Origin: an uncultured Bacilli bacterium | GTDB taxonomy: Bacteria; Bacillota_I; Bacilli_A; RFN20; CAG-631 | Assembly (NCBI GenBank): GCA_947627355.1 | Contig: CANQVX010000003.1 | Location: forward strand, 20,815 to 84,814 | Direction: 5' to 3' | Length of the DNA: 64,000 nucleotides | Shown here: positions 43,264 to 52,834 of the stretch, in pieces | How positions within the stretch are numbered: position 1 is the first letter of the stretch | Layout: each line of letters begins with the position of its first letter | Notes under the pieces: generated by a model | The model's database searches: none | The model's input: only the letters and a program-made list of their open reading frames with translations | Told to the model about the DNA's origin: nothing | Made by a program: the position numbers and the translations under genes

Positions 43264-43319
43264 AAAAAAAGAAAGTAGCGCTAGGAAAGAGTCATTAGCT
43301 CTTTCGTCCTACTTTCACC
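43264..43319 (-). ncRNA. Candidate small hairpin RNA (~53 nt), family unknown
   Basis: Minus-strand TTGACT(43352-43347)-18-TATAAT(43328-43323), then GAAAGTAG/CTACTTTC and GAAAGAG/CTCTTTC stems and T7; no ORF. Confidence 0.6.
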
Positions 43320-43461
43320 AATATTATACGTGTATTCAATTAATAAAGTCAATTATCAAAATTTTTAATCATAATTATTTTTTTTAATTTTACAACCAAC
43401 TAATAAAGTTTCATTGAAAGCAAACAGCACCATGCTTTGACTAATAAAAAAATTGTTTAAC

Positions 43462-43490
43462 TAGACTTATTTTTACATTCTTTATATAAT
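43462..43490 (+). promoter_or_regulatory. sigma-A promoter of the thyA operon
   Basis: TAGACT-17-TATAAT. Confidence 0.6.
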
Positions 43491-43519
43491 GTAATTATAT
43501 AAAGGTCAGGTGATAATTC

Positions 43520-44389
43520 ATGGAACAATATAAGCAAATGTGTCGAGATATTTTAAAAAATGGTAAATATAAACCAGATCGTACTAATACAGGAACAATT
43601 TCTTATTTTGGTTATCAAGCAAGATATCCATTAAGTGATGGATTTCCTTTACTTACAACCAAAAAAGTTTATTTTAAAGGGATTCTTGCTGAGTTATTAT
43701 GGTTTATTAGTGGTTCAACAAATATTCGTCCACTTGTTTTACAAAATGTAAACATTTGGAATGAATGGCCATATGAAACATTTAAAAAATCAAAAGATTA
43801 TAATGGTGAAACCATTCAAGAATTTGCTTTGAAAATAAAAGAAGATGAAAAATTCGCTGCTAAATATGGTGAATTAGGCCCAGTATATGGAAAACAATGG
43901 CGTGATTTCTTTGGTGTTGATCAAATAAAAGAATTAGAAAAAGAATTAAAAGAAAATAAATTTTCTCGTAGATTAATTGTTTGTGCTTGGAATCCAGCCC
44001 AAATAAAAGAAATGGCCCTTCCACCATGTCATGCCTTTTTCCAATTTTATGTCAGTGAAGATAACAAATTATCATGTCAATTGTATCAAAGAAGTGCTGA
44101 TGTATTTTTAGGTGTTCCATTTAACATTGCAAGTTATTCCTTACTTACTATGATGCTTGCAAAAGTTTGTGGCTTTGAACTTGGTGATTTTGTTCACACT
44201 ATGGGTGATGTTCATATCTATTGCAACCATATCGAACAAGTTAAAGAACAATTAACAAGAAGTTGCAAGAAATTACCTACCTTGAAAATCCTTAGAGATG
44301 TCTCATCAATTACAGAATTTAAAATGGAAGACTTTGAATTAGTTGATTATGATCCATGGCCTGCTATTAAAGGAAAGGTTGCAGTTTAA
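43520..44389 (+). CDS. thyA: Thymidylate synthase
   Basis: [44 protein letters not shown]. Confidence 0.98.
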   Translation: MEQYKQMCRDILKNGKYKPDRTNTGTISYFGYQARYPLSDGFPLLTTKKVYFKGILAELLWFISGSTNIRPLVLQNVNIWNEWPYETFKKSKDYNGETIQEFALKIKEDEKFAAKYGELGPVYGKQWRDFFGVDQIKELEKELKENKFSRRLIVCAWNPAQIKEMALPPCHAFFQFYVSEDNKLSCQLYQRSADVFLGVPFNIASYSLLTMMLAKVCGFELGDFVHTMGDVHIYCNHIEQVKEQLTRSCKKLPTLKILRDVSSITEFKMEDFELVDYDPWPAIKGKVAV

Positions 44390-44868
44390 TGATTAGTCTT
44401 ATCGTTGCTTATAGCAAAAATAACAAAGTTATTGGTAAAAACAACCAAATTCCTTGGCATATCTCTGAAGATTTTAAACATTTTAAAGCTTATACTTTAA
44501 ATAAAACCATTTTAATGGGTAAAAATACTTATTTATCAATAGGTAAACCATTAAAAGATCGTAAAACAATCGTTTGTGTCAATGATAATTCTTTAAATGT
44601 TGTTCATGAAGATGTAACTATGGCAAGTGATTTATTTGAAGTTTTAAAAAAATATCAAAATCGTCCTGAAGAATTAGTTGTTTGTGGTGGAGCTATGATT
44701 TATAAATTATCCCTTCCATATGTTGATAAACTAGTTATTTCAGAATTAAAAACTCAATATGAAGGAGATGCTTATTTTCCAGATTTTGAAGATGATTTTG
44801 AACTGGTAAATACTGACGAAAGACAAGAATTTATTATCAAAACTTATTTAAGAAAAAAGGTGAAGTAA
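44389..44868 (+). CDS. folA: Dihydrofolate reductase
   Basis: VIG.NNQIPWH, EDFKHF, MGKNT, GGAMIY, GDAYFP. Confidence 0.97.
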   Translation: MISLIVAYSKNNKVIGKNNQIPWHISEDFKHFKAYTLNKTILMGKNTYLSIGKPLKDRKTIVCVNDNSLNVVHEDVTMASDLFEVLKKYQNRPEELVVCGGAMIYKLSLPYVDKLVISELKTQYEGDAYFPDFEDDFELVNTDERQEFIIKTYLRKKVK

Positions 44869-45588
44869 ATGTTTAAATGGTTTTGTATGATTTTAAAACT
44901 ATTTTTCCCACTAACATCAATCCTAACTAGACTAAAAAAATATATAAAACATAAAGATAAATATCCACTTCAATTTCGTTATGATGAAGTTAGAAATTTC
45001 ATGTTAAAACTTCAAAAAGCAACTAAAAAACAAATTGAAGTTCATAACTATGAGATTATGGATAAACCTCATGGAGGTAGAATTTATGTCATGAATCATA
45101 TTAGTATGGATGATATTTGTACCATGATTCAAATTAGTCAAAAGCCATTGCATTTTATCTCTAAAATCGAAAACGAAAAAGCAATAGCAATTGGTACAGG
45201 CTGTAAAGGAATTGATGCATATTTTATTGATAGAAACGATGCTAGACAATCATTAAGAGTCTTAAAACAAGCAGCTGATGCTGCTAAACATGGCGAAGAT
45301 ATTTTCTTGTTTCCAGAAGGAACTAGAAGTAAAACAGGTGAAGTTTTAGAATTCAAAAGTGCATTAAATAATTTGATAAATATGGCTAAAGTTGAAGTTG
45401 TTTTAATGGCAATTGATAATACTCCTAAAACATTTTCAAAAAAAGAAAAATATAAACCTTTCACAGTAAAAGTAAGAATTTGTGAACCAATTTCATATGA
45501 AGAATATTTAGAAAAGAAAGATGATTTTGCTGAATATGCAAGACAAAGAGTGGCTGCGGAATTAGCTATTATTAGAAAAGGGGAATAG
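44869..45588 (+). CDS. plsC: 1-acyl-sn-glycerol-3-phosphate acyltransferase
   Basis: NHISMDD, FIDR, FPEGTRS. Confidence 0.9.
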   Translation: MFKWFCMILKLFFPLTSILTRLKKYIKHKDKYPLQFRYDEVRNFMLKLQKATKKQIEVHNYEIMDKPHGGRIYVMNHISMDDICTMIQISQKPLHFISKIENEKAIAIGTGCKGIDAYFIDRNDARQSLRVLKQAADAAKHGEDIFLFPEGTRSKTGEVLEFKSALNNLINMAKVEVVLMAIDNTPKTFSKKEKYKPFTVKVRICEPISYEEYLEKKDDFAEYARQRVAAELAIIRKGE

Positions 45589-45590
45589 CA

Positions 45591-46847
45591 ATGAATATTA
45601 TTGATATTATTATTAAAAAAGCTAAAAAAGGTGAACTTAGCAAAGAAGAAATCGAATATTTTGTAAATGGTTATACCAAAGATATTATTCCAGATTATCA
45701 AATGTCTAGTTTGTTAATGGCTATTTTACTTAATGGTATGACCAATGATGAAACAGTATATCTTACTAAAGCAATGCTTGATAGTGGTGCTAAAAATGAT
45801 TTATCAAAAATAAAAGGTGTCACTGTTGATAAACATTCAACTGGTGGTGTTGGTGATAAAACAACTTTAGTACTTGCTCCTTTAGTTGCTAGTTGTGGTC
45901 TAGTTATGGCAAAAATGTCTGGTAGAGGTTTAGGACATACAGGTGGTACAATTGATAAACTTGAGTCTATTCCAAACATGAAAACATCCCTTTCACCCGA
46001 CGAATTTTTCAAACAAGTAAATGAAATTGGTCTTGCTGTAATTGGCCAAACTAGTGAACTTGTACCAGCTGATAAAAAAATGTACGCTTTGAGAGATGTA
46101 ACTGGTACAGTTGATTCAATGCCATTAATTGCATCATCAATTATTTCTAAAAAATTAGCATCTGGATCACAAATTATTGAACTTGATGTTAAATATGGTG
46201 ATGGAGCATTCATGAAGACTAAAGAAGATGCCACTAAACTTGCTAATTTAATGATTTATGTGGGGAAAAGATTAAATAAAGAAATTAAAGCAGTAATTTC
46301 AGATATGAATGAACCTTTAGGTTATGCTATTGGAAATAGCCTAGAAGTTATCGAATCTATCGACACTTTAAAAGGTAAAGGCCCTAAAGATTTAGAAGAT
46401 TTATGCTTACATATCTGTGCTGAATTTCTAGTAGCTGCTAAATTATATGATGATTATGATAAAGCAAAAGAATATGCTAGACATCAATTATTAAGTGGGG
46501 CTGCTTTAAATAAGTTTAAAGAATTTGTTAAATACCAAGGTGGAGATGTTCGTTGTGTTGATGATTATTCGTATTTCAAACAACCATTGTATCATTATGA
46601 TATAAAAGCTGTTAAATCAGGCACTATTAAAATTGTAAAAGCTTTACAAATTGGTCATGCTTCTATGTTACTTGGTGGTGGAAGACAAACAAAAGATGAT
46701 GTTATTGATATGAGTGCTGGAATTGTTTTAAAAGCTAAAAGAAATGATAAAGTAAATAAAGGTGATGTTATAGCCACTTTATATAGTGATAAAAAACTTA
46801 CAAAAGAAGTTGAAGATTTAGTTGTAACAGCTTTCATTTACCAATAA
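45591..46847 (+). CDS. pdp: Pyrimidine-nucleoside phosphorylase
   Basis: PDYQMS, DKHSTGGVGDK, KMSGRGLGHTGGT.DKLE. Confidence 0.97.
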   Translation: MNIIDIIIKKAKKGELSKEEIEYFVNGYTKDIIPDYQMSSLLMAILLNGMTNDETVYLTKAMLDSGAKNDLSKIKGVTVDKHSTGGVGDKTTLVLAPLVASCGLVMAKMSGRGLGHTGGTIDKLESIPNMKTSLSPDEFFKQVNEIGLAVIGQTSELVPADKKMYALRDVTGTVDSMPLIASSIISKKLASGSQIIELDVKYGDGAFMKTKEDATKLANLMIYVGKRLNKEIKAVISDMNEPLGYAIGNSLEVIESIDTLKGKGPKDLEDLCLHICAEFLVAAKLYDDYDKAKEYARHQLLSGAALNKFKEFVKYQGGDVRCVDDYSYFKQPLYHYDIKAVKSGTIKIVKALQIGHASMLLGGGRQTKDDVIDMSAGIVLKAKRNDKVNKGDVIATLYSDKKLTKEVEDLVVTAFIYQ

Positions 46848-46867
46848 AACAATTAATTTGAATATAA

Positions 46868-46903
46868 AAAATAAGCGTTTTTGTCGTTAAAAACGCTTAT
46901 TTT
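46868..46903. terminator. Bidirectional terminator between pdp and the convergent lipoprotein gene
   Basis: AAAATAAGCGTTTTT...AAAAACGCTTATTTT. Confidence 0.85.
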
Positions 46904-46918
46904 GTTAAAAATTGTTTT

Positions 46919-47944
46919 TTAGTTTACACTAGTTGTAACTGATAAACTACCGCCATTTATAATATGACTTGAACATTCAAAAATGTTACGAATTGCAAAA
47001 CTAAATCCTAAATCAACATCACTAAATATCGTATATTCTTTAAATATTCCATTAGAATCAAATGCTAATGTAATATCAAATTGATTAGCTTCATATGATA
47101 AATCAATTCTCGGAATATATTTTAAGATGCTATCTGGTAAAATTTCTTCAATAAATTCGTTTAATAAATCAGTAAATAAATCTGTTGAAGCATTTAAATG
47201 AATGTATAAACCATCACTTGTATCAATTTGTAAACTAAATCCTAAATCGATTAGTTTTTCAACAGCTAGATTTAAGTTTAAACCATTTGCAAGTGATTCA
47301 GGAATGATACTTGCTGTATCAATCATGTTTGCCATTAGTTTATTATTTAATTTTTTAGTTAAATAATTTTTGAATTCAATAGTTTCCATTTGTTCGATTG
47401 GTTCTTCTTTATCATTTAAAATATAGAACCAATTAGCATCATGTTTTAAACCAATTTTGAATTCGCTTTGAACTTCTTCAGCATCAGATTTAGGAATAAT
47501 ACAGCCAACATTTAAACCAATTACTCCTTTACCAAATAAATCAAAACCTAATGTTGCTTCTTCATTTTTACGTAAACCTAAACTATCATCAACAAATAAT
47601 TTTGCTTTAACTTTACTATAGAAAATTTCATCATTGGCTGGAAGTGTAACTAAATCAATAACGTAAGATGATTCAAGATTGCCATTTAAATTCATAGCAA
47701 ATGAAAAGTTTTCATCATCAGTGTTACCAAAGGCTTTTTTGATATCAAAGTTTTTAAGTAATGACATACTGTCATTTTCGTTACTACTAGTTGAACTTGC
47801 TAGAGTTGAAGATGTTGAATCGTTACTTAAACTTGATGAAAGTTGATTTGAACTTAATGAACTACTTGAATTGTTATTGCTAGAATTACAGCCTGTTAAA
47901 CTAATCATTAAAGCAATTAAACCGACACTTAAATAACGTTTCAT
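46919..47944 (-). CDS. Lipoprotein of unknown function
   Basis: Lipobox LTGC, long Ser linker; ATG 47944 after AAGGGGG; TTGACA upstream. Confidence 0.8.
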   Translation of the reverse strand: MKRYLSVGLIALMISLTGCNSSNNNSSSSLSSNQLSSSLSNDSTSSTLASSTSSNENDSMSLLKNFDIKKAFGNTDDENFSFAMNLNGNLESSYVIDLVTLPANDEIFYSKVKAKLFVDDSLGLRKNEEATLGFDLFGKGVIGLNVGCIIPKSDAEEVQSEFKIGLKHDANWFYILNDKEEPIEQMETIEFKNYLTKKLNNKLMANMIDTASIIPESLANGLNLNLAVEKLIDLGFSLQIDTSDGLYIHLNASTDLFTDLLNEFIEEILPDSILKYIPRIDLSYEANQFDITLAFDSNGIFKEYTIFSDVDLGFSFAIRNIFECSSHIINGGSLSVTTSVN

Positions 47945-48072
47945 AAGCAATGTCCCCCTTTTGTCTTTTCACTTATGATATTAGACCTAATTTAGAAAAT
48001 GTCAAGTGGTTAATTTTAATTTTATATTTATAAAATAAATATAGTTTTAAAAAAAGGCCTCAATTGAAGCCT

Positions 48073-50409
48073 TTAAAAGTTGTTATAAGTTCCAAAGAAT
48101 TCTCGCATTTGAATGAGTAATCCATTCAAATCACCAGATAAGATTCCATCAAATCGATCAAACATAATATTGAAAGTTATAAAATTACTAACTAGCAGAA
48201 TACAGAAACTAACTGGAATAAAGAATCCTAAGAATTGTTTATTATCAGCGTATTTATCTAATAATTTAAAGAAGACAATACAAGCCGTTAATGTGGCTAG
48301 TGGGAAAATATCAATCATATATCTAGGACATACACCAGCATAGGCATAAGTAAGAACAACAAGAGCTAGTAATGTTACAGGCATTAAATATAAACTTGCT
48401 TTTAATTCTTTACTATCTTCTTTTTTATTCGCAAGTGGAATAGCAATTATAAATAACATAAATGGAACTGCAAAGATACCGATACTACTTTGTATATAGG
48501 TATGATATTCACGATTCAAAGCAAACCAACCATCAAAGACAAATGGAAATTTACTATCAACACCAAATTTTTGAATAAAGAAATGATAAAATGCTGGTAA
48601 AATATCATGAATTCCAATGGATAAATTTGAATTATCAGCGAGAGTTAATTGATAAGATTGTCCAAATTCAAAGATGTTATTAAAACGAATATAGTTATAG
48701 AAACAAATTAAACAGGCTCCTACAAATAAAACTCCAGCCATTGGAAGAAAATCAAGTAGTTTCTTTTTAATTGAATAACCTTTTTTAAACAACATAATTA
48801 TTAAGAATGGTAACATGAAGATTAAAAATAAGAATAAATTAGGCCTTGATCCCATTAAAAAGACAAAAGCAAGCCCGGCAAAAGCAAGATAGATAGGTCG
48901 ATGTTTAACATCTTTATAACCTTTAAGTGTTAGTAAGACAAATAACATTGAAAATAGATTGCCAAAAATAATTGGCAAACGATAAATGCCTTCATGAAAA
49001 TTGCCTACTTTATATGTTACATCACATAAAGATAACGATAGGAATATAGATGATATTAAAACAAATAATAATATTGGTAAATTAACTTTTTTAGCAAATA
49101 ATGTTACAGCCTCAATAATTGTAAGTAATAAAACACAAATGAAACAAATAGTGCCAAATATTTGTATGAATAATACCTTAGGAACTAAATTGGTTAGAAA
49201 ATAAATTGGAAAAGCTAATAATATCAATGGTGACACACCATAATAACTATAATATTTTCCATTAAAGTAAGCATGATCCCATAAAAATGATATACCGCTT
49301 CGACCATTTGGATCATAAGGATTTGTTAGATCAGCAAGTCTAGCATCAGGTACAATATCAATGAATGGCTTTCCTTTTTTAATGGCATCGAAGTTTTGCA
49401 TATAAATATCATAATCTTCGAGTTTACCCTCAAATGGATATTTATAGAAGAAAGTGCTTTTGTTAATAAAAGCATAGATTATAAATACTACGATAACAAC
49501 ACCAAACGTTATTAAAATACCTCTTTTTAAATAGGTAAACTTGCTATCTTCTTTAAATTTCATTTTTCTTACAAATACTGAAATATAAACTAAACTTACA
49601 AGAAGAACAGTTAAAACAATAATTCTACTTAAATGGAACACTAAAGCCATTGGTTTATTAAAACTGATGCCTTTTAAATATAAATCACCAAAAACATCAT
49701 GGGTTTCGTCTTGATAAAATTGAATTTTTAAAGAATCATAGGTGATATCAGAAATAGTTAAAATATTGAATCTATCATATTGTGGGTTTGTTTGAAATTC
49801 TCGATAAAAAGTATAATCAGTTTGGCCTTTTGTTTTATAGTAAATTTGTATATAACTATCAAGATTTACTTTATTGAAATCAAAATAAATATTTTGGGCA
49901 TCATCTACAACTTTATCGATAATTATATAACTATTATCAGGCAAATAAATTGTACCATTTTCTTGTTTAATAGCATTCTTTGATGTTTGTAGTGTTGTTA
50001 TATCTTGTATTTCATAATATTTATAATCATCTTTATAAGCATTGCTATTAAAAGCAAATAATTCAAGTAAGATTATCATAAAAATTCCAATTTGAACTAT
50101 TAATTTTCTTTTATTTAGTTTAAAGTTTTTATTTTTTATATCTAATACAATATTGCTAGGACTTATAAAGATAAATAGGATATATATAACCGCAGCAAAT
50201 TTAATCAAACTGCTGGTATCCATCGGATTTAACAGGGCTTTAGATATAAAATATATAACATATGAAACTACTAATGAAATAAGACTATCAATTACAAAAC
50301 AAATAATTGATCTAGAGGTAATATCTTGCTTTTTAATTGCAAGAATAGCAACATAAAAAGAAGCAAAAAGAATCATTGTTACTAATATTGTAAGTAATAT
50401 TGCTACCAT
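48073..50409 (-). CDS. Polytopic membrane protein, GT-C glycosyltransferase-like
   Basis: Many TMs, external loop, WDHAYFNGKYYSYYG, SRP, YNY.RF....EFG..YQL and PRYM.D motifs. Confidence 0.6.
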   Translation of the reverse strand: MVAILLTILVTMILFASFYVAILAIKKQDITSRSIICFVIDSLISLVVSYVIYFISKALLNPMDTSSLIKFAAVIYILFIFISPSNIVLDIKNKNFKLNKRKLIVQIGIFMIILLELFAFNSNAYKDDYKYYEIQDITTLQTSKNAIKQENGTIYLPDNSYIIIDKVVDDAQNIYFDFNKVNLDSYIQIYYKTKGQTDYTFYREFQTNPQYDRFNILTISDITYDSLKIQFYQDETHDVFGDLYLKGISFNKPMALVFHLSRIIVLTVLLVSLVYISVFVRKMKFKEDSKFTYLKRGILITFGVVIVVFIIYAFINKSTFFYKYPFEGKLEDYDIYMQNFDAIKKGKPFIDIVPDARLADLTNPYDPNGRSGISFLWDHAYFNGKYYSYYGVSPLILLAFPIYFLTNLVPKVLFIQIFGTICFICVLLLTIIEAVTLFAKKVNLPILLFVLISSIFLSLSLCDVTYKVGNFHEGIYRLPIIFGNLFSMLFVLLTLKGYKDVKHRPIYLAFAGLAFVFLMGSRPNLFLFLIFMLPFLIIMLFKKGYSIKKKLLDFLPMAGVLFVGACLICFYNYIRFNNIFEFGQSYQLTLADNSNLSIGIHDILPAFYHFFIQKFGVDSKFPFVFDGWFALNREYHTYIQSSIGIFAVPFMLFIIAIPLANKKEDSKELKASLYLMPVTLLALVVLTYAYAGVCPRYMIDIFPLATLTACIVFFKLLDKYADNKQFLGFFIPVSFCILLVSNFITFNIMFDRFDGILSGDLNGLLIQMREFFGTYNNF

Positions 50410-50575
50410 GTCCTTACCTCCATTCTTTAAAACTACTAAAATAAATTATACACAATTTGCATTTGTTAAGCAAAAAACTCTTTTTTTACCATCAAACGAT
50501 TTATTGAATAGAAAAAATATGAATTTTCATTATTTGTTTTTCATGTTGAAATTTTTAGTATATTAAATTTTAGTT

Positions 50576-52639
50576 TTAAGAATATTGACGAATCTTTTTT
50601 CTTGCTATTTTGAAACTTTTCTTTTTCCTATCATTATATTTAATCACTACAACAGAATATAAAATTGCCATTGTTATTGAAAAAGAAAAACTAAAGTAAA
50701 CTTCTGAAAATATTTTCAATGGTGTACCGATATAATCTGTTTCAACTTTATATGTTCCAGCAGGTAATCTAAAAGCTATAAGTCCATCAATATTTATGCT
50801 TTCAACGTTAAATTCTTTGTTTTGTGAAGTCACTTTAATTTGATAGCCAGGATAATATAGTAATGGCATTTGAATGAGTGAATTATTTTCTGATACAGTA
50901 ATTTCCATTTTATATACTGGTGCAAAACGTGAATTAATTGTAATAGAACCATTGCCGGTTAAAAAGATAGGATCTAGTGAATAATCTTTAACATTAAAAG
51001 AATCATATCTTATTTTATTCTTAACAGAGTTATATAAACTATTCGAATATTTACTATGATAATCATTTTGTAAAAATATTATTGGAATATATTCTTTATT
51101 ATGTCCTAATGCCGCTCCATAATCTAAGATAGAATCATCAATAGATGTCAAATAATTGCTTTCATAGTTATTTTCATAGCCTAATCTTTTTTCAAGTAAA
51201 GGTTGATTATAAATCATTAACAATCCAACTAAAACGGAAAGTACTGATAGGCCAATTTTTGAATAATTGATATGTTGTGCAATTAATCCGCAAAGGATAG
51301 CTGCAAATAATTGTACGAACACCCATAAACGCCATGGGAATTGAATATTTCTAAAAATTTTAGGGGCATGAGTCCAAACACCTTCACTTTGCATCGTAAA
51401 CAATAAAATAAAGATAAGACTGACAGAAAACCAAAATAAATGATTTTTATAAATTTTTTGGTCTCCTACATCGACATTCATTTGGAATTTATTAATCAAT
51501 AAAATGAAGAAATATAAGAAAAGGAATATGATACAAGAAAAATAATATTCAACTCGATGAGCAAAGATAAAAACAATTATTCCATAAATCACACACGAAA
51601 TTAAATGTGAAAAGAATTTTAGTTTTTTAAATTCACTAAGAGCTATATCAACAAGTACAAAAACCATACAAGCACCTAAAAAGGTGCAAATATCTAAATA
51701 TAAAGAAGAAGTGGTAAGAATATTTCCATAAGCAGATTTTAACCAAACAATATTTAAAAAACCAGAATATTCAAAATATTGTTTGACAGGATTTAATATT
51801 GATTTAGTGTCTGTCCACATACTTTTTGAATCGCTAATTGTGTATATATTTGTTGCCATTAATTCAAATTGAGAAAATAATGCGATGGAACACATTCCAA
51901 TGAGTAAAAAGATAGAAACACAACAAAAAATGAGATATTTCTTATTTTTCATTAACGGAATAATTTTATGAATGTTACTTAATAAATATATGATTCCGAT
52001 AATAAATGCATAAAATGCTGTAATATTATGGGATAAATATAATAAAGATCCACCTAAAATAATTTCAACAAAAGATAAAGGATTAATTTTATCTTTAAAA
52101 TGAACAATATCGTATAAACCCATAAAAAATAATGGTAAAAAGATAAATGCAAAAGCTTCTGCAAATGCTAAACGACAAAAGGCATCAAATAATCGATATG
52201 GATAAATTACAAAAACAGTTGCCGCTATTATCGATGCAATTTTATTTTTTGATGTAAAGTGCATAGCAAATCTATACATAAAAATTCCTGATACAAATAC
52301 ACTCAAGAAAAGTACAATTTTATATGCTTGTAATACAGAGCCGTTAAATATTTTAATGATAAGAGCCATTATAACTACACAAAATTGAGACAATGGTGAA
52401 TAAAATAAACGATTACCTACTCCAAGCCCCATTCCAATATAGCCACTAATATAAGATAATGAATGTCCTTCTAAAATTGTTTTATATTGTTCATAGATAT
52501 TAGGGATATGAAAAAAGTAATCATCACCTAAATTTGTTCCTTTATAAAAAAGTAAATAACAACCTAATAAGGAAAAGCCAAAAATGACAAAATAGGGTAA
52601 AATATTGAAAAATATTTTTAAAAAATTTTTATGTTTCAC
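50576..52639 (-). CDS. Membrane protein of PTPS-related / YfhO-like GT-C family
   Basis: GDD..FH, G.G.G.RLFYSP, PYR, R.AFAE, IQFPWR, C-terminal P.LYYPGY; GTG start after AAGGAGG. Confidence 0.75.
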   Translation of the reverse strand: MKHKNFLKIFFNILPYFVIFGFSLLGCYLLFYKGTNLGDDYFFHIPNIYEQYKTILEGHSLSYISGYIGMGLGVGNRLFYSPLSQFCVVIMALIIKIFNGSVLQAYKIVLFLSVFVSGIFMYRFAMHFTSKNKIASIIAATVFVIYPYRLFDAFCRLAFAEAFAFIFLPLFFMGLYDIVHFKDKINPLSFVEIILGGSLLYLSHNITAFYAFIIGIIYLLSNIHKIIPLMKNKKYLIFCCVSIFLLIGMCSIALFSQFELMATNIYTISDSKSMWTDTKSILNPVKQYFEYSGFLNIVWLKSAYGNILTTSSLYLDICTFLGACMVFVLVDIALSEFKKLKFFSHLISCVIYGIIVFIFAHRVEYYFSCIIFLFLYFFILLINKFQMNVDVGDQKIYKNHLFWFSVSLIFILLFTMQSEGVWTHAPKIFRNIQFPWRLWVFVQLFAAILCGLIAQHINYSKIGLSVLSVLVGLLMIYNQPLLEKRLGYENNYESNYLTSIDDSILDYGAALGHNKEYIPIIFLQNDYHSKYSNSLYNSVKNKIRYDSFNVKDYSLDPIFLTGNGSITINSRFAPVYKMEITVSENNSLIQMPLLYYPGYQIKVTSQNKEFNVESINIDGLIAFRLPAGTYKVETDYIGTPLKIFSEVYFSFSFSITMAILYSVVVIKYNDRKKKSFKIARKKIRQYS

Positions 52640-52834
52640 ATTTTCCCCTCCTTGTTAGTGTCATTTAAGTGTCAATTAATTTTTAATTATTATAATATAA
52701 TTAAATATAAATTGCAATTTTAGCTAAACTTAACTTTTTTAACGTCTAAAAGAGATATAAAGTGGTTGATTAAAACACTGTAACAATCATATTTTTTATG
52801 ATGAAATCATAAATAATAAATGAGGTGTTTTTAA

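Noticed and set aside
43271-43319. Hammerhead-like words (GGACGAAA, CUAAUGA) in the sRNA candidate
   Set aside because: Order and spacing leave no room for stems I and III, and the core is CUAAUGA rather than CUGANGA; not a hammerhead.
45138-46234. Long antisense ORFs (187 and 178 aa) opposite plsC and pdp, and other short shadow ORFs in the track
   Set aside because: They lie fully opposite or inside well-conserved genes, lack SDs and motifs, and are expected from codon bias.
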